From assembly GCF_006345805.1 (NCBI RefSeq), contig NC_043005.1, forward strand, positions 60,388,001-60,452,000: a DNA stretch of 64,000 nucleotides. The letters are read 5' to 3'. Positions 39,381 through 53,035 of this stretch are shown in pieces. A program made the position numbers and the translations under genes. The notes under the pieces are model-generated. The model was not told where the DNA came from. It was given only the letters and a program-made list of their open reading frames with translations, and made no database searches. The DNA is from Octopus sinensis (Eukaryota). The first letter of the stretch is position 1; each line of letters begins with the position of its first letter.

Positions 39381-40644
39381 ATATACAAATACCCACTAAT
39401 ACAAACGAAGCAGAAGCACTTCGTAGTTTAATATAAAGTGATGGGTTCATTGCAGTACTTTAATGACAGACTAGACAAAGAAATGAAACACACAACAATC
39501 AAAAATAGTTGGGATACCTAACAGTTTTATACGATAGCGGAAGTACTCTTCACTAATTCTGTATTGTGTGACACTATGCGCAACCTCTTGTACTTTTTCA
39601 GTGGGGACTGTGCATACAATAACTCCAAAACGTAAACGTGGATGGAGCCCGGATGTAAGAGTCAACTGCCTACGTAATTTTAGTTGAAATTTACGAAAGA
39701 TTCAACAATAATTACTTAACTTTCTGTTTAGGTACTAAGTATTTATGAGCGTGTTCTATTCATCAATAAACAACTGGTCGTCAACTCCAACATCGTCCGC
39801 TTCTACCCCTAATTTATGCTTATATGTATGTCTTCGTTTTATTACAATCTCTTAATCCACAGGCAAATACAGTACCTTACGCCAAACAACCTACCACTAA
39901 TTTAATGAATGCATCTCACGGTGAGTCATTGCAATCTAAATCCCTTCGTCAGTGCAATACAAGTACCATTTATATCAAGGTGATAGCATCCTATTACCAC
40001 ACTATTTAACCTTTAGCAGCGTTCTTCTTGATCCCATATTGCTAAACCACAAGTTTGGCCTCATTATGATTTAGAAAATTTCCTACCAAAAGTACTTAGG
40101 ACTACATCCCCCAAATTTTACCCTTTATTTAAGGATTCATAAATACTACACTCCAACACTGACATTATACAAATCTTAGGTAAAGCCAATAATTAAGTTT
40201 GTTACATCTGTACGATGTTGCTGTTGGGCAAAGAGAACCTATAGTCATCCTCAGAAAGTTCACTAAGCACACTTGTTCCAGCCTCTTATTTACAGGTCTG
40301 TTGCCTTTTCTCGCTATATTTTCCATCGGAATATGATGACCTGGGTTCCTTGAAGCTTCTTGGCCTCGCTTAACTTTCACTCTATCTTGTTAATACTACT
40401 CGTTATCTTTACCATAAGGGATTCTTATTATTATTAAGCAATTTTATATGCAAACTCAGACTTTGGCCTATTAAGTTACCTTGGACAGTCGAACTTATTG
40501 TTCCTTAAGACATTTTCTAAAGCAATTTCTTATTTGTGGTTTGATGCGACATGAAGTAGCTGGTGCATCTACCTTGGTTTCTGAGTTTTAAAAATCTTCG
40601 TCTCACTATTCTTCCCAGGACATGGTTCTGCTTTTCTTTTGTAG

Positions 40645-40771
40645 ACTTGCGGGATCAAATGTTATATCTGCACTGAACATCTGGCATTTTTGCCCACCAT
40701 TATCGTATTTGATCTTCCTGTCAATGACTTGTGTGTTCCTCATTCACATCTATTGCAGAATCAGAAGAAGG
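40645..40771 (+). CDS. Candidate internal exon (127 nt), product unknown
   Basis: Acceptor cttttcttttgtAG and donor AGG|GTAAGC. Two open frames: 'LAGSNVISALNIWHFCPPLSYLIFLSMTCVFLIHIYCRIRRR' (TM + basic) or 'TCGIKCYICTEHL...'. Confidence 0.3.
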
Positions 40772-40937
40772 GTAAGCGTGTCACGTAGTACTTGAACTTG
40801 TGCTTTCGTTTCATTCTGGTTTAGATATTATATATAAGGTTATGTGTCTTATATATAAGGGTATGTGTGTGGGTGGAGTGCGCATGATGTTGTATGGTAT
40901 GTGTAGTGAGTTAAACAGTGCGTGTGGCTGCTCGTAA

Positions 40938-41024
<87 letters not shown>

Positions 41025-41069
41025 TATTTATATATGTATGTATATATATATATACGTAAAAATTCGGGA

Positions 41070-41854
41070 TATAATCATTAGAATGATTATATCAGTGGAT
41101 AGCATATAAAAACCACTATATCGATAGAATTAATTTTTAAGTATATAATTATAAAAATATAATTATAATTAAGGACGCTGGCGGGCCAATGCCAATACGC
41201 TTAAAATAGATGTCAAATATCTACAAACCACTCCAAATTTCTTCTCTTTTTAACACAAGGCTGAATGCGATGAATGGAAAAAACGATTTATAAAATTTCG
41301 GATAACTCTATATTTAAGAATTTATGTTCTGTAATAGAAATTACTTTACAATCTTCAGTAGAAGTACATCGACAATATATAAGTGAGAAATACATATATA
41401 TTCGATAAATTTCTACTTACAGATACCAATATATACTAGCATTTACCGTGTATACATTATATCTAGTCGCCCATCTCAGCCATGTTATTAGTGCCAGAAA
41501 TAGTGCTGGATTGAATATAGTACCGGAGCAAAACATAATGACTAGAGAACTCCAAATTATATATACGTATACATTTAGGGTATAATCATTAAAATTATTA
41601 TATCAGTGGCTAGCGTATAAAAATTACCATATCGATAAAATTAATTTTATAGTCTATAATTATAAAAATATAATTATAATTAAGGATGCTGGAGTGTCAA
41701 TAACAATACGCTAGAAGTAGATGTCAAATGTCTACAAACTTCTCGAAGTTCTCATTTCAACACAAGGCTGACACCAGTACTATATTCATTTCGGCAATAT
41801 TTCTAGCATTAACCACATGGATGAGTTGGTCGACTAGATATAATGTATACGCGG
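41070..41854. repeat. Diverged direct repeats (41070-41264 / 41581-41771) plus inverted repeats (41446-41526 / 41774-41854), PLE pseudo-LTR-like
   Basis: Shared blocks tataattataaaaatataattataattaagga.gctgg and gtatacattatatctagtcg (inverted); CTGAAGA remnant on minus at 41352-41358. Confidence 0.75.
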
Positions 41855-41984
41855 GAAACGCATATATATATATATATATATATAATTTCAGTAAAATTTA
41901 GATTGAGATGAATATGGTACTTAAGTTAAAGGCACCAGAATTTAGTATGGTATTATCCATATAATTCAAAATAGGGAGATTATA

Positions 41985-42696
41985 ATAAAAATAAGCAACA
42001 AGGATATCCAGAGGTAATGCAGTACGGTCGTTTCATGCGACTCCATATAATTGAACAATGCAAACATTACATCAATTTAAAATGTAGAGTAATCTTCACA
42101 TTCATAAAATTACAGAATTTAGTTAAATCCGAATGATTCATTTGTATGGTTTTCTTTTTATCTAAAATCACAAAGAGGATATGTAGATACACAAAGAACA
42201 TGTTTTATCAACAACATCACAGTTGTAACTGAGATTTGTTCAAAGGACGGCACTGCTTACCATTGATTATATTTGTTATTCAGATTTACTAGTGGGTGGT
42301 GGGGTAGTTATAATTTAGAGACTAGTTTTTTCAAGTCTAGTAGAAACTAGAATCTATCCTTTATGGATAGGGTAAGATAGGCAAATTAAGTGGCAGAGTC
42401 ATTAATCAAGATTTCTTTGAAGTAAAAACCATTTGGTTCACTAAGAATATATTTCAGTTAAGTTTGCAGGCTAGTGCTAATGGGGTAGGGAGAGTAAAAC
42501 ATAGCATTAACTATTTTTCAACTATAAAAACAGTGATATTTATATATCCACAGATACATTTTAGCGTTGTTTCAACTAAATTCTATATTTTATGCAGCTC
42601 AAGATTGCTCTACATTTTAAATTGATGTAATGTTTGCATTGTTCAATTAAATGTAGTCGCATGAAACGATCGTACTGCATTTCCTTGTTGCCCTAT

Positions 42697-42700
<4 letters not shown>
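41985..42700. repeat. ~110-bp inverted repeats (41985-42099 / 42598-42700) with ~500-bp spacer
   Basis: aatgcagtacg.tcgtttcatgcgact...ttgaacaatgcaaacattacatcaatttaaaatgtagag matches on both arms. Confidence 0.88.
42592..42680 (+). ncRNA. HHR with long helix II, core one substitution from canonical (CTCAAGA)
   Basis: atgcag-CTCAAGA-[ttgc.ctacattt..aattga..tcaatt aaatgtag.cgcat]-GAAA-cgatc-GTA-ctgcat: 6-bp helix I, palindrome ACGATCGT. Confidence 0.6.
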
Positions 42701-42770
<70 letters not shown>

Positions 42771-42969
42771 AAAGGAGCTCTAATCTCTCTTTAAAAAATA
42801 TATTTTGATAAGCATAACAAATGCGCAACCGGTAAACAGAACTTTCACCTAATTAAATTACTTAAATTATTTTGTCAGCATTTTCTTCATTTCCTTTTTA
42901 TATATCACAACTCGTGTTCCACATCTCCTTTTATATATATATATTTATATATATTTTATATATATTTTA

Positions 42970-43066
<97 letters not shown>

Positions 43067-43242
43067 GAAAATAAGACAAGGTAGAAAATGGAAAAATAAT
43101 TCTATCATGAAATGCATTTATGCATTTTGTAACGTTATATACCTCGGCACCCATAAGCACAATTTTTCAGATCTGCTACTACCTACCTCATCAGCCTTCA
43201 AAAGAAAAGAAAAGAAATGGAGAGAGAGAGAAAGAGAGAGAC

Positions 43243-43273
<31 letters not shown>

Positions 43274-43534
43274 AATTAGATAAATGTTTTACGTATTCGA
43301 AGGCTATGAAAATATTTATAAAACATCTCATTCAACTTTTTCGTCAATTTAATTGTTTTTCTTCTTAATCAATATCCATCCTTGTTTTACTTTTTGCCAA
43401 AAAAGTTGAAAAGACAAATACCAGTACTAACTGATATAAAATTATTTTAGCATTCTCTAGCTTGTATTTTCCTTATACATATCAACTCGTGTGTCAGTTC
43501 TTATTATTTTACACACACACACACACACACACAT

Positions 43535-43587
<53 letters not shown>

Positions 43588-43651
43588 TACACATATATGA
43601 TTTTCAGCCTACCATTCCCTTTAACTTCCTTTCGCTCTCTCTCGAACTGTG

Positions 43652-43701
<50 letters not shown>

Positions 43702-43709
43702 TGTATATA

Positions 43710-44315
43710 TACGAGGAGAAGTCAAAAATTATCCGCACTTCTGCCATAACATGTTATTATTGTCACACTGCCTTTTGCGCACGCATGCTTATATTTAGTA
43801 CTATTTTGGTCATTTGGTGATCGAAGTTTGAGCCAGATAGCATCATCTTTCTTTCTGGCATTACAGTGTAAGCATGACCGCTCCACTAGCAATGCGCACC
43901 AAAGAACAAAGATCAGTGAAGCGTGAGATGGTAATGGTGAACCAGTTTACCATTACCATCTCTCAAGGTTCCTGAATCTTCTTGCCAGTGGTGGATGTTG
44001 ACGGATCTCCAATTCCCTCTTCGTGCGTCACGCGCGTCAGTCCGCTGTTAAACTTCTCGATCCTCCGATGATTTTCAGCACCTGACAGACCTTCCGACCA
44101 GAGAAATCGGATCGGTGCTTTTTGTTTTTCTTTGGTGCATATTCCTAGTGGAGCGGCCATACTTATACTGTGAAGCCATTAAGACAAATTTCATGATGAG
44201 GATCACGTGATCACAATAGTACCAATTATAAAAACACATTTGCAGAAGGGAATGTGGCAATGATAAAGATATGTTATGGCGAGGGTGTGGATAATATTTT
44301 ACTTACCCTCCTGTA
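43710..44315 (+). mobile_element. Non-autonomous mariner with an internal inverted mariner fragment
   Basis: TA-flanked TIRs; plus-strand MTAPLAMRTKEQRSV; minus-strand 43963-44160 MAAPLGICTKEKQKAPIRFLWSEG..IEKFNSG..EEG.G.PSTSTT. Confidence 0.8.
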
Positions 44316-45902
44316 TATATGATTACATATAGGCATGCAAATATACCCACATGTAGATACATTTATAGACACATAAAGGGAAGGAGAGCACTATGGAGGG
44401 TACACATATAGCATCCGGGTGTTTCAGAGCAATTTCTGATCCACCCTCCTATCATTTACTCTCGACCTTCATTATGTGTTTAGGAAATCAAGCATGAAAA
44501 TAAACATTGAAAATGAATATTAGAAGGAAGGAATGATCCAAAGTTTCATAAAGAAATGAATTTATAAATAAATACTTTAAACATATACTTTCTTGGAAAT
44601 GGGTCTCAGAATATTATTTCTTACACTTGGCTGTGGTACATTTCTAAACTGATTACACAATTGCAATTAATTTTCCCTCCGTCATTATTCTGTTTGACAT
44701 TAAAGCAATATTGTTGAGACATTTAACATGCGATATTATTGATTAGCATTGTTACAGATTCTTAGGATACAAAACACGAATAGAATTACATGTTTCGCTA
44801 TTATGACAATTCATGTCATGTTGAAAATTTAGCTGAGATTAGATGCTTGTTTTTTTTTTTTTAAACATTTTCTCTTCATTTCATATTTTGGTTTCCTTCG
44901 CACGTTCTCAGTACATGCTGTGATTGCGTTTTCTGACCTCTTTCATATAGATTCTTACTTTCTGTCTCACTTTCTTTCTCCCCACTTTCTTTATATCTCA
45001 CTTTCCCTCTTAATATTCTTCTGGTTCTCTCTCGTTCCTTTTTTCTTTTCATTCTGGTATTTCTCTTCTCCTGAAATATGTAATGAGGGAATTTTCAATA
45101 AATGTGTTCATACTGCCTAACAATCTTCCTATCAATCACCATCGTTCTCTTTCTATTGTTCCCACCATTGAACCATTGTAAATAATAGCATGTCACTCCG
45201 ACTGTTTCTAAAACAAATAGCATCTGAAGCTTCTGATTATCTTACATGCAAATTATTTCCCCATTATCGTGCTGTTCGTTGTACATTTGCATTCTCTCTC
45301 CCTCAGCCAATCATCTCCATTTCGTTGTTTAGTTTTTCTCTGTAGTAATTGCTTCAATTCTATTTTCACACAGAAAACTTTGTTTCCATTCAAATTCAAT
45401 AACGTCACGTAATATTTATTAGATCAGATTAGATTGCTCTTGTATCAATAACATTGAATCAATATTTGGAATAGGGGAGACGTAGAGAGGCACTAAGAAG
45501 AGGGTAGCAATTGGCTAAAATGGTAATACGATTTCGTTTACTAAAAGTTGGTTAGGAGAAAAAAACTGAACAATGGTAGTTGATTTATTCAATGACAAAA
45601 GTAACCCTCAAATACTAATTTTGCTTCTATCATCTATATCGGCAGTATCGAAATATGAGGCCTGCAGAAAAAAAAAAGATGGCAAGAGTCACAGGGAAAT
45701 TCTCACTTTATATATTTTCCTGCATTGCTTTGATTTCAGATGTGAGCTTTGATAAATTTTGTTTCACATTCCGTATTAATACTAACGGGCATATATATAT
45801 ATATACATACATACATACATACATACATACATACATACATACTCACACACACACACACATATATATATACATACATACATACACAACTACATACATACAT
45901 AC

Positions 45903-46070
45903 ATACGACAGGCTTCTTTAAGTTTCCGTCTACCAAATCCACTCGCAAGGCTTTGGCCGGCCCGAGGTTATAGTAGAAGGCACTCACCTAAGGTGCCACG
46001 CAGTGGGATTGAACACGGACCATTATGGTTGGTAAACAAGTTACTTACTACATAGCTACTCTTGTGCCTA
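45903..46070 (-). mobile_element. SINE 5' half (10087 family)
   Basis: tttccgtctaccaaatccactc.caaggctttgg...aaggtgccacgcagtgggattgaac. Confidence 0.85.
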
Positions 46071-46089
46071 AATGTCTACATATCTGTCG

Positions 46090-46152
<63 letters not shown>

Positions 46153-46185
46153 TATACATATATACATATATACATATATATACAT

Positions 46186-46264
<79 letters not shown>

Positions 46265-46291
46265 CATATATACATATATACATATATACAT

Positions 46292-46356
<65 letters not shown>

Positions 46357-46641
46357 CATATATATACATATATACATATATACATATATATATATACATA
46401 TATATGTAGATGTATATATATATATATATATATACATGTATATGTATATCTATATATATTCACTCCCTTTTTAGTCACTACTGTATGTAACACACCAACT
46501 ATATGTGAGTTAGCTGTGCCCATGAAACTCTGAGTGGTATTAGTTTTCGTTGTGTACAACGTTTACTACTTGTTGCCTCACCTCACTACCCTTTTATAGT
46601 GGTATAATGCCATGAATTCCTAGCAATGAAGTTATTCTGCT

Positions 46642-46693
<52 letters not shown>

Positions 46694-47055
46694 CAATGAT
46701 AAAATACAAAAGATATGAAAATTCGAGAAAACAGTTTATGAGTGAAAATTGTTCGTGGTACGTACGCAGTTTATCACTTTGGGAAAAGGTAACACTTAAT
46801 ATCCTAGCTATCATTTATATAAATGTAATTTTTGTACTCTAGGATTGAGTTCTAATGTCGAGATTCAAAGAAAAAAGAAGTTGCTTAGCTTTTAAGCATT
46901 GAAACGAAATACAGGTTTAAATGAAAACACTGCCTTATAGTTATTGTCTAAAATGCATACGCGTGTGTGAGTTTGAATGAGTATAGATGGATAGATAGAT
47001 AGATAAACATGCGTATATATGTATATATGTATATATATATATGCGTCTGTGTGTG

Positions 47056-47358
47056 TGTGTCACGTGATCACGTGCCCGACCAGGTTATCAGATGTTGCTA
47101 CACATTGCTGATCACAATGCGCTTCGCATTGTTTTAGCCTTCAAATGACGTCACTCCGCTGGCTAGGTGAGCAGCCCAACAGAAAAAAGAGTGAGAGTAA
47201 TTTGCGGCGAAAGAGTACAGCAGGGACCCCGCCCCCCACTGCCAGAGCATCGTGGAGCTTTAGGTGTTTTCGCTTAATAAACACTAGCAACGGCCCGGTC
47301 TGGGAATAGAAACCGTGATCCTACGACCGCGAGTCTGCTGCCCTAACCATTGGGCCAC
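47056..47358 (-). mobile_element. tRNA-derived SINE (different family)
   Basis: Minus-strand head gtggcccaatggttagggcagcagactcgcggtcgtaggatcacggtttctattccc with A/B-box-like motifs. Confidence 0.75.
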
Positions 47359-47376
47359 ACATACACACACACACAT

Positions 47377-47430
<54 letters not shown>

Positions 47431-48386
47431 TTGTGTGTGTGTGTGTATGCATATGTGTATAAAATATATGCTTATATATGTATAGAAATATATTTGTGTA
47501 TTTGTGCGCACGTGTGTGTGCCCATGTGTATGTGCGTACGTGTGTTTCAGACAGTGTAGGTATACATAACTATATACATACAAACACGTATATGCACGTG
47601 TGTGTATAAGCAGAGACGCGCAAGAGCGTCTATACCTGTATGCGTGTACATGTCTTTGCACATAAAAATATATTTGTTCTAATTTGAAGAAATACTTTGT
47701 CATCTGCTTTCAGACAAAAAGTGTCAAGATAATACTGAGTGTGAAAAGTAACTCCTGTTGTGTCTTTTAGTAAACTTCTGTAAATCTTGCTGTGAGTATA
47801 TGTTTTATGGCGTCGTTTCTCACAATAAATGTATTTTGCTCTTGTAATTAAATAGAAGATCAAAAAGATACTGGTTGAAGTATTTTATGAAAAAAGAAAT
47901 ACGCGAATTACACGAAACGGATTTACTACATAAAGGAAAGAAGCTCTCCTGCTTATGGAACATACATTTTATATAAATGCTCGAGCAAATTTTTACCTCA
48001 AGAAAACTACCAAAAATAAAAACACGCATTCGTGCATTATAAAATAATGTAGATACCTAATTGAAAAGATGTATCTCTTCACAGAATACATACGAAGATA
48101 AGATACTTATTGAGAAAACGATCAAATCTGTTTAGATGTTTTAGTGCATTATCCATAGAATTGTTCATATATAAAGAAGAAACATACATTCATGTTTTTT
48201 TTTTATAGTTTTACTGTCAATATGTAATTCCAAGTTTCTGCAAAGTATTCTCTACTTCCTGTATTATGCGCCTATCTAATACAATACTTAAAGTGGTAAA
48301 GTGGTAATTCCATATTTCTCTGTTCTTTTCTCTTGCTTTCAATTAATCTATTACATGTATATATAAATATTACATGCGTAAATATC

Positions 48387-48421
<35 letters not shown>

Positions 48422-48602
48422 GATGTATGTATATACATATATATATATATATATATACATATATATGGATGTATATATATATGTATATATATATATATTT
48501 ATTTATGTATATATATATATAAGAGCGTAGTGCGTGTGTGTGTGTAAAATATGCATACATATGTATATACATATATAAAATGAAAAATAAATGTATGTAT
48601 AC

Positions 48603-48719
48603 AGACACAAATTATGGAAAGTACTTGTAGTTTAGTTTACCGTAGGAATGCTTATAAATGACGGCCAAAAGTCTATCGGATATTGGAATTCTCCCTTTCA
48701 CCTACGTATGTGTATAATC

Positions 48720-48761
<42 letters not shown>

Positions 48762-49580
48762 ATGTGTACACGTATATGTACATATGTGTGTATGTGTGTG
48801 TATGTGTGTGTGTGTGTATTCGTGCATGTGAAGTTTGCATCATCTCACATGAAACTTTGAAGTATGTTTTGGCAACCATGAATAATATCATAAGTAAATA
48901 TGAAATAAAATATGATAATTATGAGTGAACTTTTATCTAATTTTGCCTTCCTCTTTATTTGTTTCGCACGGTAATCTTCGTTCCTTTACTTGCTTATTAT
49001 ATACTTGTTAATGAAATTTTGCAAATATTCATTCATTCGTTTTCTGTGGTATACATTATGATTCTGTAACTGACATTAAATTAATTCTAAGAAGACTTTT
49101 AGACGTTTTAACATTTTATGATTTTGTTTCCTTATAATCCTTGTTAAAATGAATACTTTTAAATAACATTTCGCAGAAATAAATTCCCGAGAATGTATAT
49201 GAAATAATGTTGATGTTTCAAACACATAAACTGTAATGAAGGCCAAAAAATATTAAAGTTACATAGGTACTAATGAAATTCAGGATGCACTAGATGACGG
49301 TCGAATACGCCTAATTTATTTAAGTTTTCCCTTAATCTTTTTATCTTCCACGCTTATTATTTATATATATATGATAGATCGTTAGCCACTACACACATAC
49401 TTTTTTCTCACCTTGTTTTTTCTGTGTACCTTTCTGTAGAAGAGCGTAGGCTCGAAATGTAAAAGACTTTTTTCTATTCCTGAGCGCTATACTAATACAT
49501 CTGTTTGTTTTGTACACCACCTGTATTCCTCTTTTGTTTATTTTCGTAAAATTTCCTTATATATATATATATATATATAT
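48603..49580 (+). repeat. ~1-kb direct repeat, copy 1
   Basis: Apparently identical to 51021-52026 apart from (TA)/(TG) tract lengths. Confidence 0.96.
49430..49465 (+). ncRNA. Minimal HHR with CTGTAGA (A6U) core
   Basis: cttt-CTGTAGA-a-gagc(gtag)gctc-GAAA-t-GTA-aaag. Confidence 0.55.
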
Positions 49581-51020
49581 GATATGTGTATATCATAAAC
49601 CCAAACACATTCACATAAACGCGCACTTAGACAAATATATCTGTATCTAATATAGAACAGTTCTTTCAAAGATCATACGTCGCTCTAGTTTTAAGTTCTT
49701 TTCCTATAGATCTTCATTTCCCTAATAACTTTCTATTTTGGATTTCAGGTAATCTGTCCACTTAATCTTTAGTTCGTAAAGCTATTACTCGAACATTGTA
49801 ATAGTTTCTTAGTGTCATTATTTGAAAAAAATAGTTGAGTGTTCGCGCATTGCATCAGTCGCAAAAGATCATGTATATGCCATTATAACTGAAAGAATCA
49901 TAAACTACGAATTTCAAACAAATTCAGTAAATTTCCTTAATTTTTAAATCTCTGTTGATTTTACATGTGCTACGCCAATATGTTGTATACTTTTTTTGTA
50001 ATCTGCTGCTGATAAATCTTTCATTTTTATTTCCTTGTGTTGTAGCCAACGGGTGTGTAACGCTTAGTGAGTTTGAGTTTACATCCATATGCATGTGAGG
50101 AGTAGATTCGGTGGGTTCAGCATAATCAAAATTCATGGTTCAATGCAGAGGAAGGCAGCTGAGTCAATGCATTTTTGTGTGCAGGGAGCAAGATGAGGCG
50201 AGCAAAACATCTTAGACAACCACTTCATCCCTTTCCAGCCCCAGATATCTTGACTTAACGGAGCCGCTGAATTGAAGATGTTTGGAGAAAAAAAAGTGGG
50301 GCTGGCAGTGCGCAGCTCAGGTTCACTTTAAACAAAATCACTCTGCATCATTTGTATCATCTCCAGAAAGACTTGATAATCATAATCATCGTCAATCCGA
50401 CAGTCGAACATGATTGAGTATGGCGCTGCCTATAAATGTTTGTCTTACAAATTCTAATTTTTTATGTTATATGTACTGCACTGGCACTAAATGTAACTAG
50501 CTTCTTCGAGAAGTTTCCAAATGATCTCTTCACAAATTTTGCATGACAAATGTCCTATGGCTTGCAAGTTTTATACTTTTCCGTTGAAAAATGATATTTT
50601 TGTACTATATACAAAATTAGAATTCGTGGTGAGGTATGATAGACGGTGTACTAGTTTTCTGAGATGGGCAACCAGATTACACTTTTTTCTTTGCTTTTGC
50701 ATATCTTCGTGCTTTGTGTATTTGTACTGGCTACTTCGTCTGCTGTAACTATGTTCATTGACCTGTATCGATAGTGTACTACACAACCTCAAGTAATGTA
50801 ATGCAAAACTCGTTAAAATGTAATTTTATAACTTATACTGTACCTCAGGGGAGATGGTCATCATCGCAGTGAATGAACAGGAATTTATGTGTTTTTTGAT
50901 GGCATTCTTTATGCCCTTGATTTATTTTTAAGAATGGGGTGATAAACTAGTCTGAATTTATTATTGTGCTTGACATTAACGATTTACGAATAGCAAAGGA
51001 GATGAGAAAATTTATTAATA

Positions 51021-51134
51021 AGACACAAATTATGGAAAGTACTTGTAGTTTAGTTTACCGTAGGAATGCTTATAAATGACGGCCAAAAGTCTATCGGATA
51101 TTGGAATTCTCCCTTTCACCTACGTATGTGTATA

Positions 51135-51197
<63 letters not shown>

Positions 51198-51990
51198 ATG
51201 TGTACACGTATATGTACATATGTGTGTATGTGTGTGTATGTGTGTGTGTGTGTATTCGTGCATGTGAAGTTTGCATCATCTCACATGAAACTTTGAAGTA
51301 TGTTTTGGCAACCATGAATAATATCATAAGTAAATATGAAATAAAATATGATAATTATGAGTGAACTTTTATCTAATTTTGCCTTCCTCTTTATTTGTTT
51401 CGCACGGTAATCTTCGTTCCTTTACTTGCTTATTATATACTTGTTAATGAAATTTTGCAAATATTCATTCATTCGTTTTCTGTGGTATACATTATGATTC
51501 TGTAACTGACATTAAATTAATTCTAAGAAGACTTTTAGACGTTTTAACATTTTATGATTTTGTTTCCTTATAATCCTTGTTAAAATGAATACTTTTAAAT
51601 AACATTTCGCAGAAATAAATTCCCGAGAATGTATATGAAATAATGTTGATGTTTCAAACACATAAACTGTAATGAAGGCCAAAAAATATTAAAGTTACAT
51701 AGGTACTAATGAAATTCAGGATGCACTAGATGACGGTCGAATACGCCTAATTTATTTAAGTTTTCCCTTAATCTTTTTATCTTCCACGCTTATTATTTAT
51801 ATATATATGATAGATCGTTAGCCACTACACACATACTTTTTTCTCACCTTGTTTTTTCTGTGTACCTTTCTGTAGAAGAGCGTAGGCTCGAAATGTAAAA
51901 GACTTTTTTCTATTCCTGAGCGCTATACTAATACATCTGTTTGTTTTGTACACCACCTGTATTCCTCTTTTGTTTATTTTCGTAAAATTT

Positions 51991-52026
<36 letters not shown>
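51021..52026 (+). repeat. ~1-kb direct repeat, copy 2 (HHR copy at 51866-51901)
   Basis: Same start agacacaaattatggaaagt and same end cgtaaaatttccttatatat as copy 1. Confidence 0.96.
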
Positions 52027-52030
<4 letters not shown>

Positions 52031-52289
52031 GAGTAACAAAGATGCACATGTGTCAATTCATAACAGCCGTCTCAAGCGACACCTTTAATTGATTAATGCA
52101 AATCATTACCTCATTTGAATAAACCCTTCTCTTCAGATGATCGCATAACTTCAAACATAAAGGATACAAACATTTCCTTAACATATTCACACAAATAATG
52201 GATCTAAAAATATTTACAATCTTTCTTTTGTTATATTATGCCACAGAAAAGACAAAAGGAACAAGAAAATACTTGTATCCTTTAAGTTT

Positions 52290-52883
52290 GAAGTCTATGC
52301 GGTCATCTGAATTGAAGGAGTCGCTTGAAACGGCCGTAATGATTTGATACCTGTAAAAAAAGGTTCGGATCAACTTCCAAATGTTCTTTCAGTTCAGGAC
52401 ACGATTTATATCATCCGTGATCAAGTGAGGCACAAATTTTGCTGCAGCGCTTTTCATTCGCAATTCCTCGCTCAAAATTCTCAGACAGGAGCTCCAGCAC
52501 ACATCAGTTTGTCAATAATTTGGCGACGATCCTCACAGATCAGTTCACGAATTTTCGGGAAGTCGACAGTCACGCTCAACGACGTTGGACTTCAAGCGAC
52601 AAGTGACAAGCTGTTTGAAGCATGAGAATTGTTTCGGCGGCTGTTATCTCCAGCTGAAAACAGAACTTCACGGAAGCACGCTGTCGTTTCCTATCAGCCA
52701 TTTAAAAATCCGATGAACAGAGGAGAAGCACAAAGACGTGGCAGTAAACTCCTAACGATGACGCCAACCGGCAGATTGATAGTTGAGGGATGCATCAAGT
52801 GGCTTCTAGCGGCAGAAATCTGAACTACAAAGGGCTTGTCCCACAGAGAATGTTTCCGGTTACTTATGGTTACCCCCTCGTGT

Positions 52884-52884
<1 letters not shown>
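52290..52884 (-). mobile_element. Degenerate mariner 5' half with TIR
   Basis: Minus strand 'KIRELICEDRRQIIDKL' and degraded KFVP/ITGD regions; terminus tacacgagggggtaaccataagtaaccggaaa. Confidence 0.75.
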
Positions 52885-52886
<2 letters not shown>

Positions 52887-52980
<94 letters not shown>

Positions 52981-52981
52981 C

Positions 52982-53034
<53 letters not shown>

Positions 53035-53035
53035 T
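52887..53035. repeat. (AGAT)n microsatellite
   Basis: Direct; similar tracts at ~8755-8842 (AGAT/AGGT) and ~29103-29137. Confidence 0.95.

Noticed and set aside
48603-52026. LTR retrotransposon interpretation of the direct repeats
   Set aside because: No TG...CA termini, PBS/PPT, TSD or gag/pol remnants were seen in the spacer.
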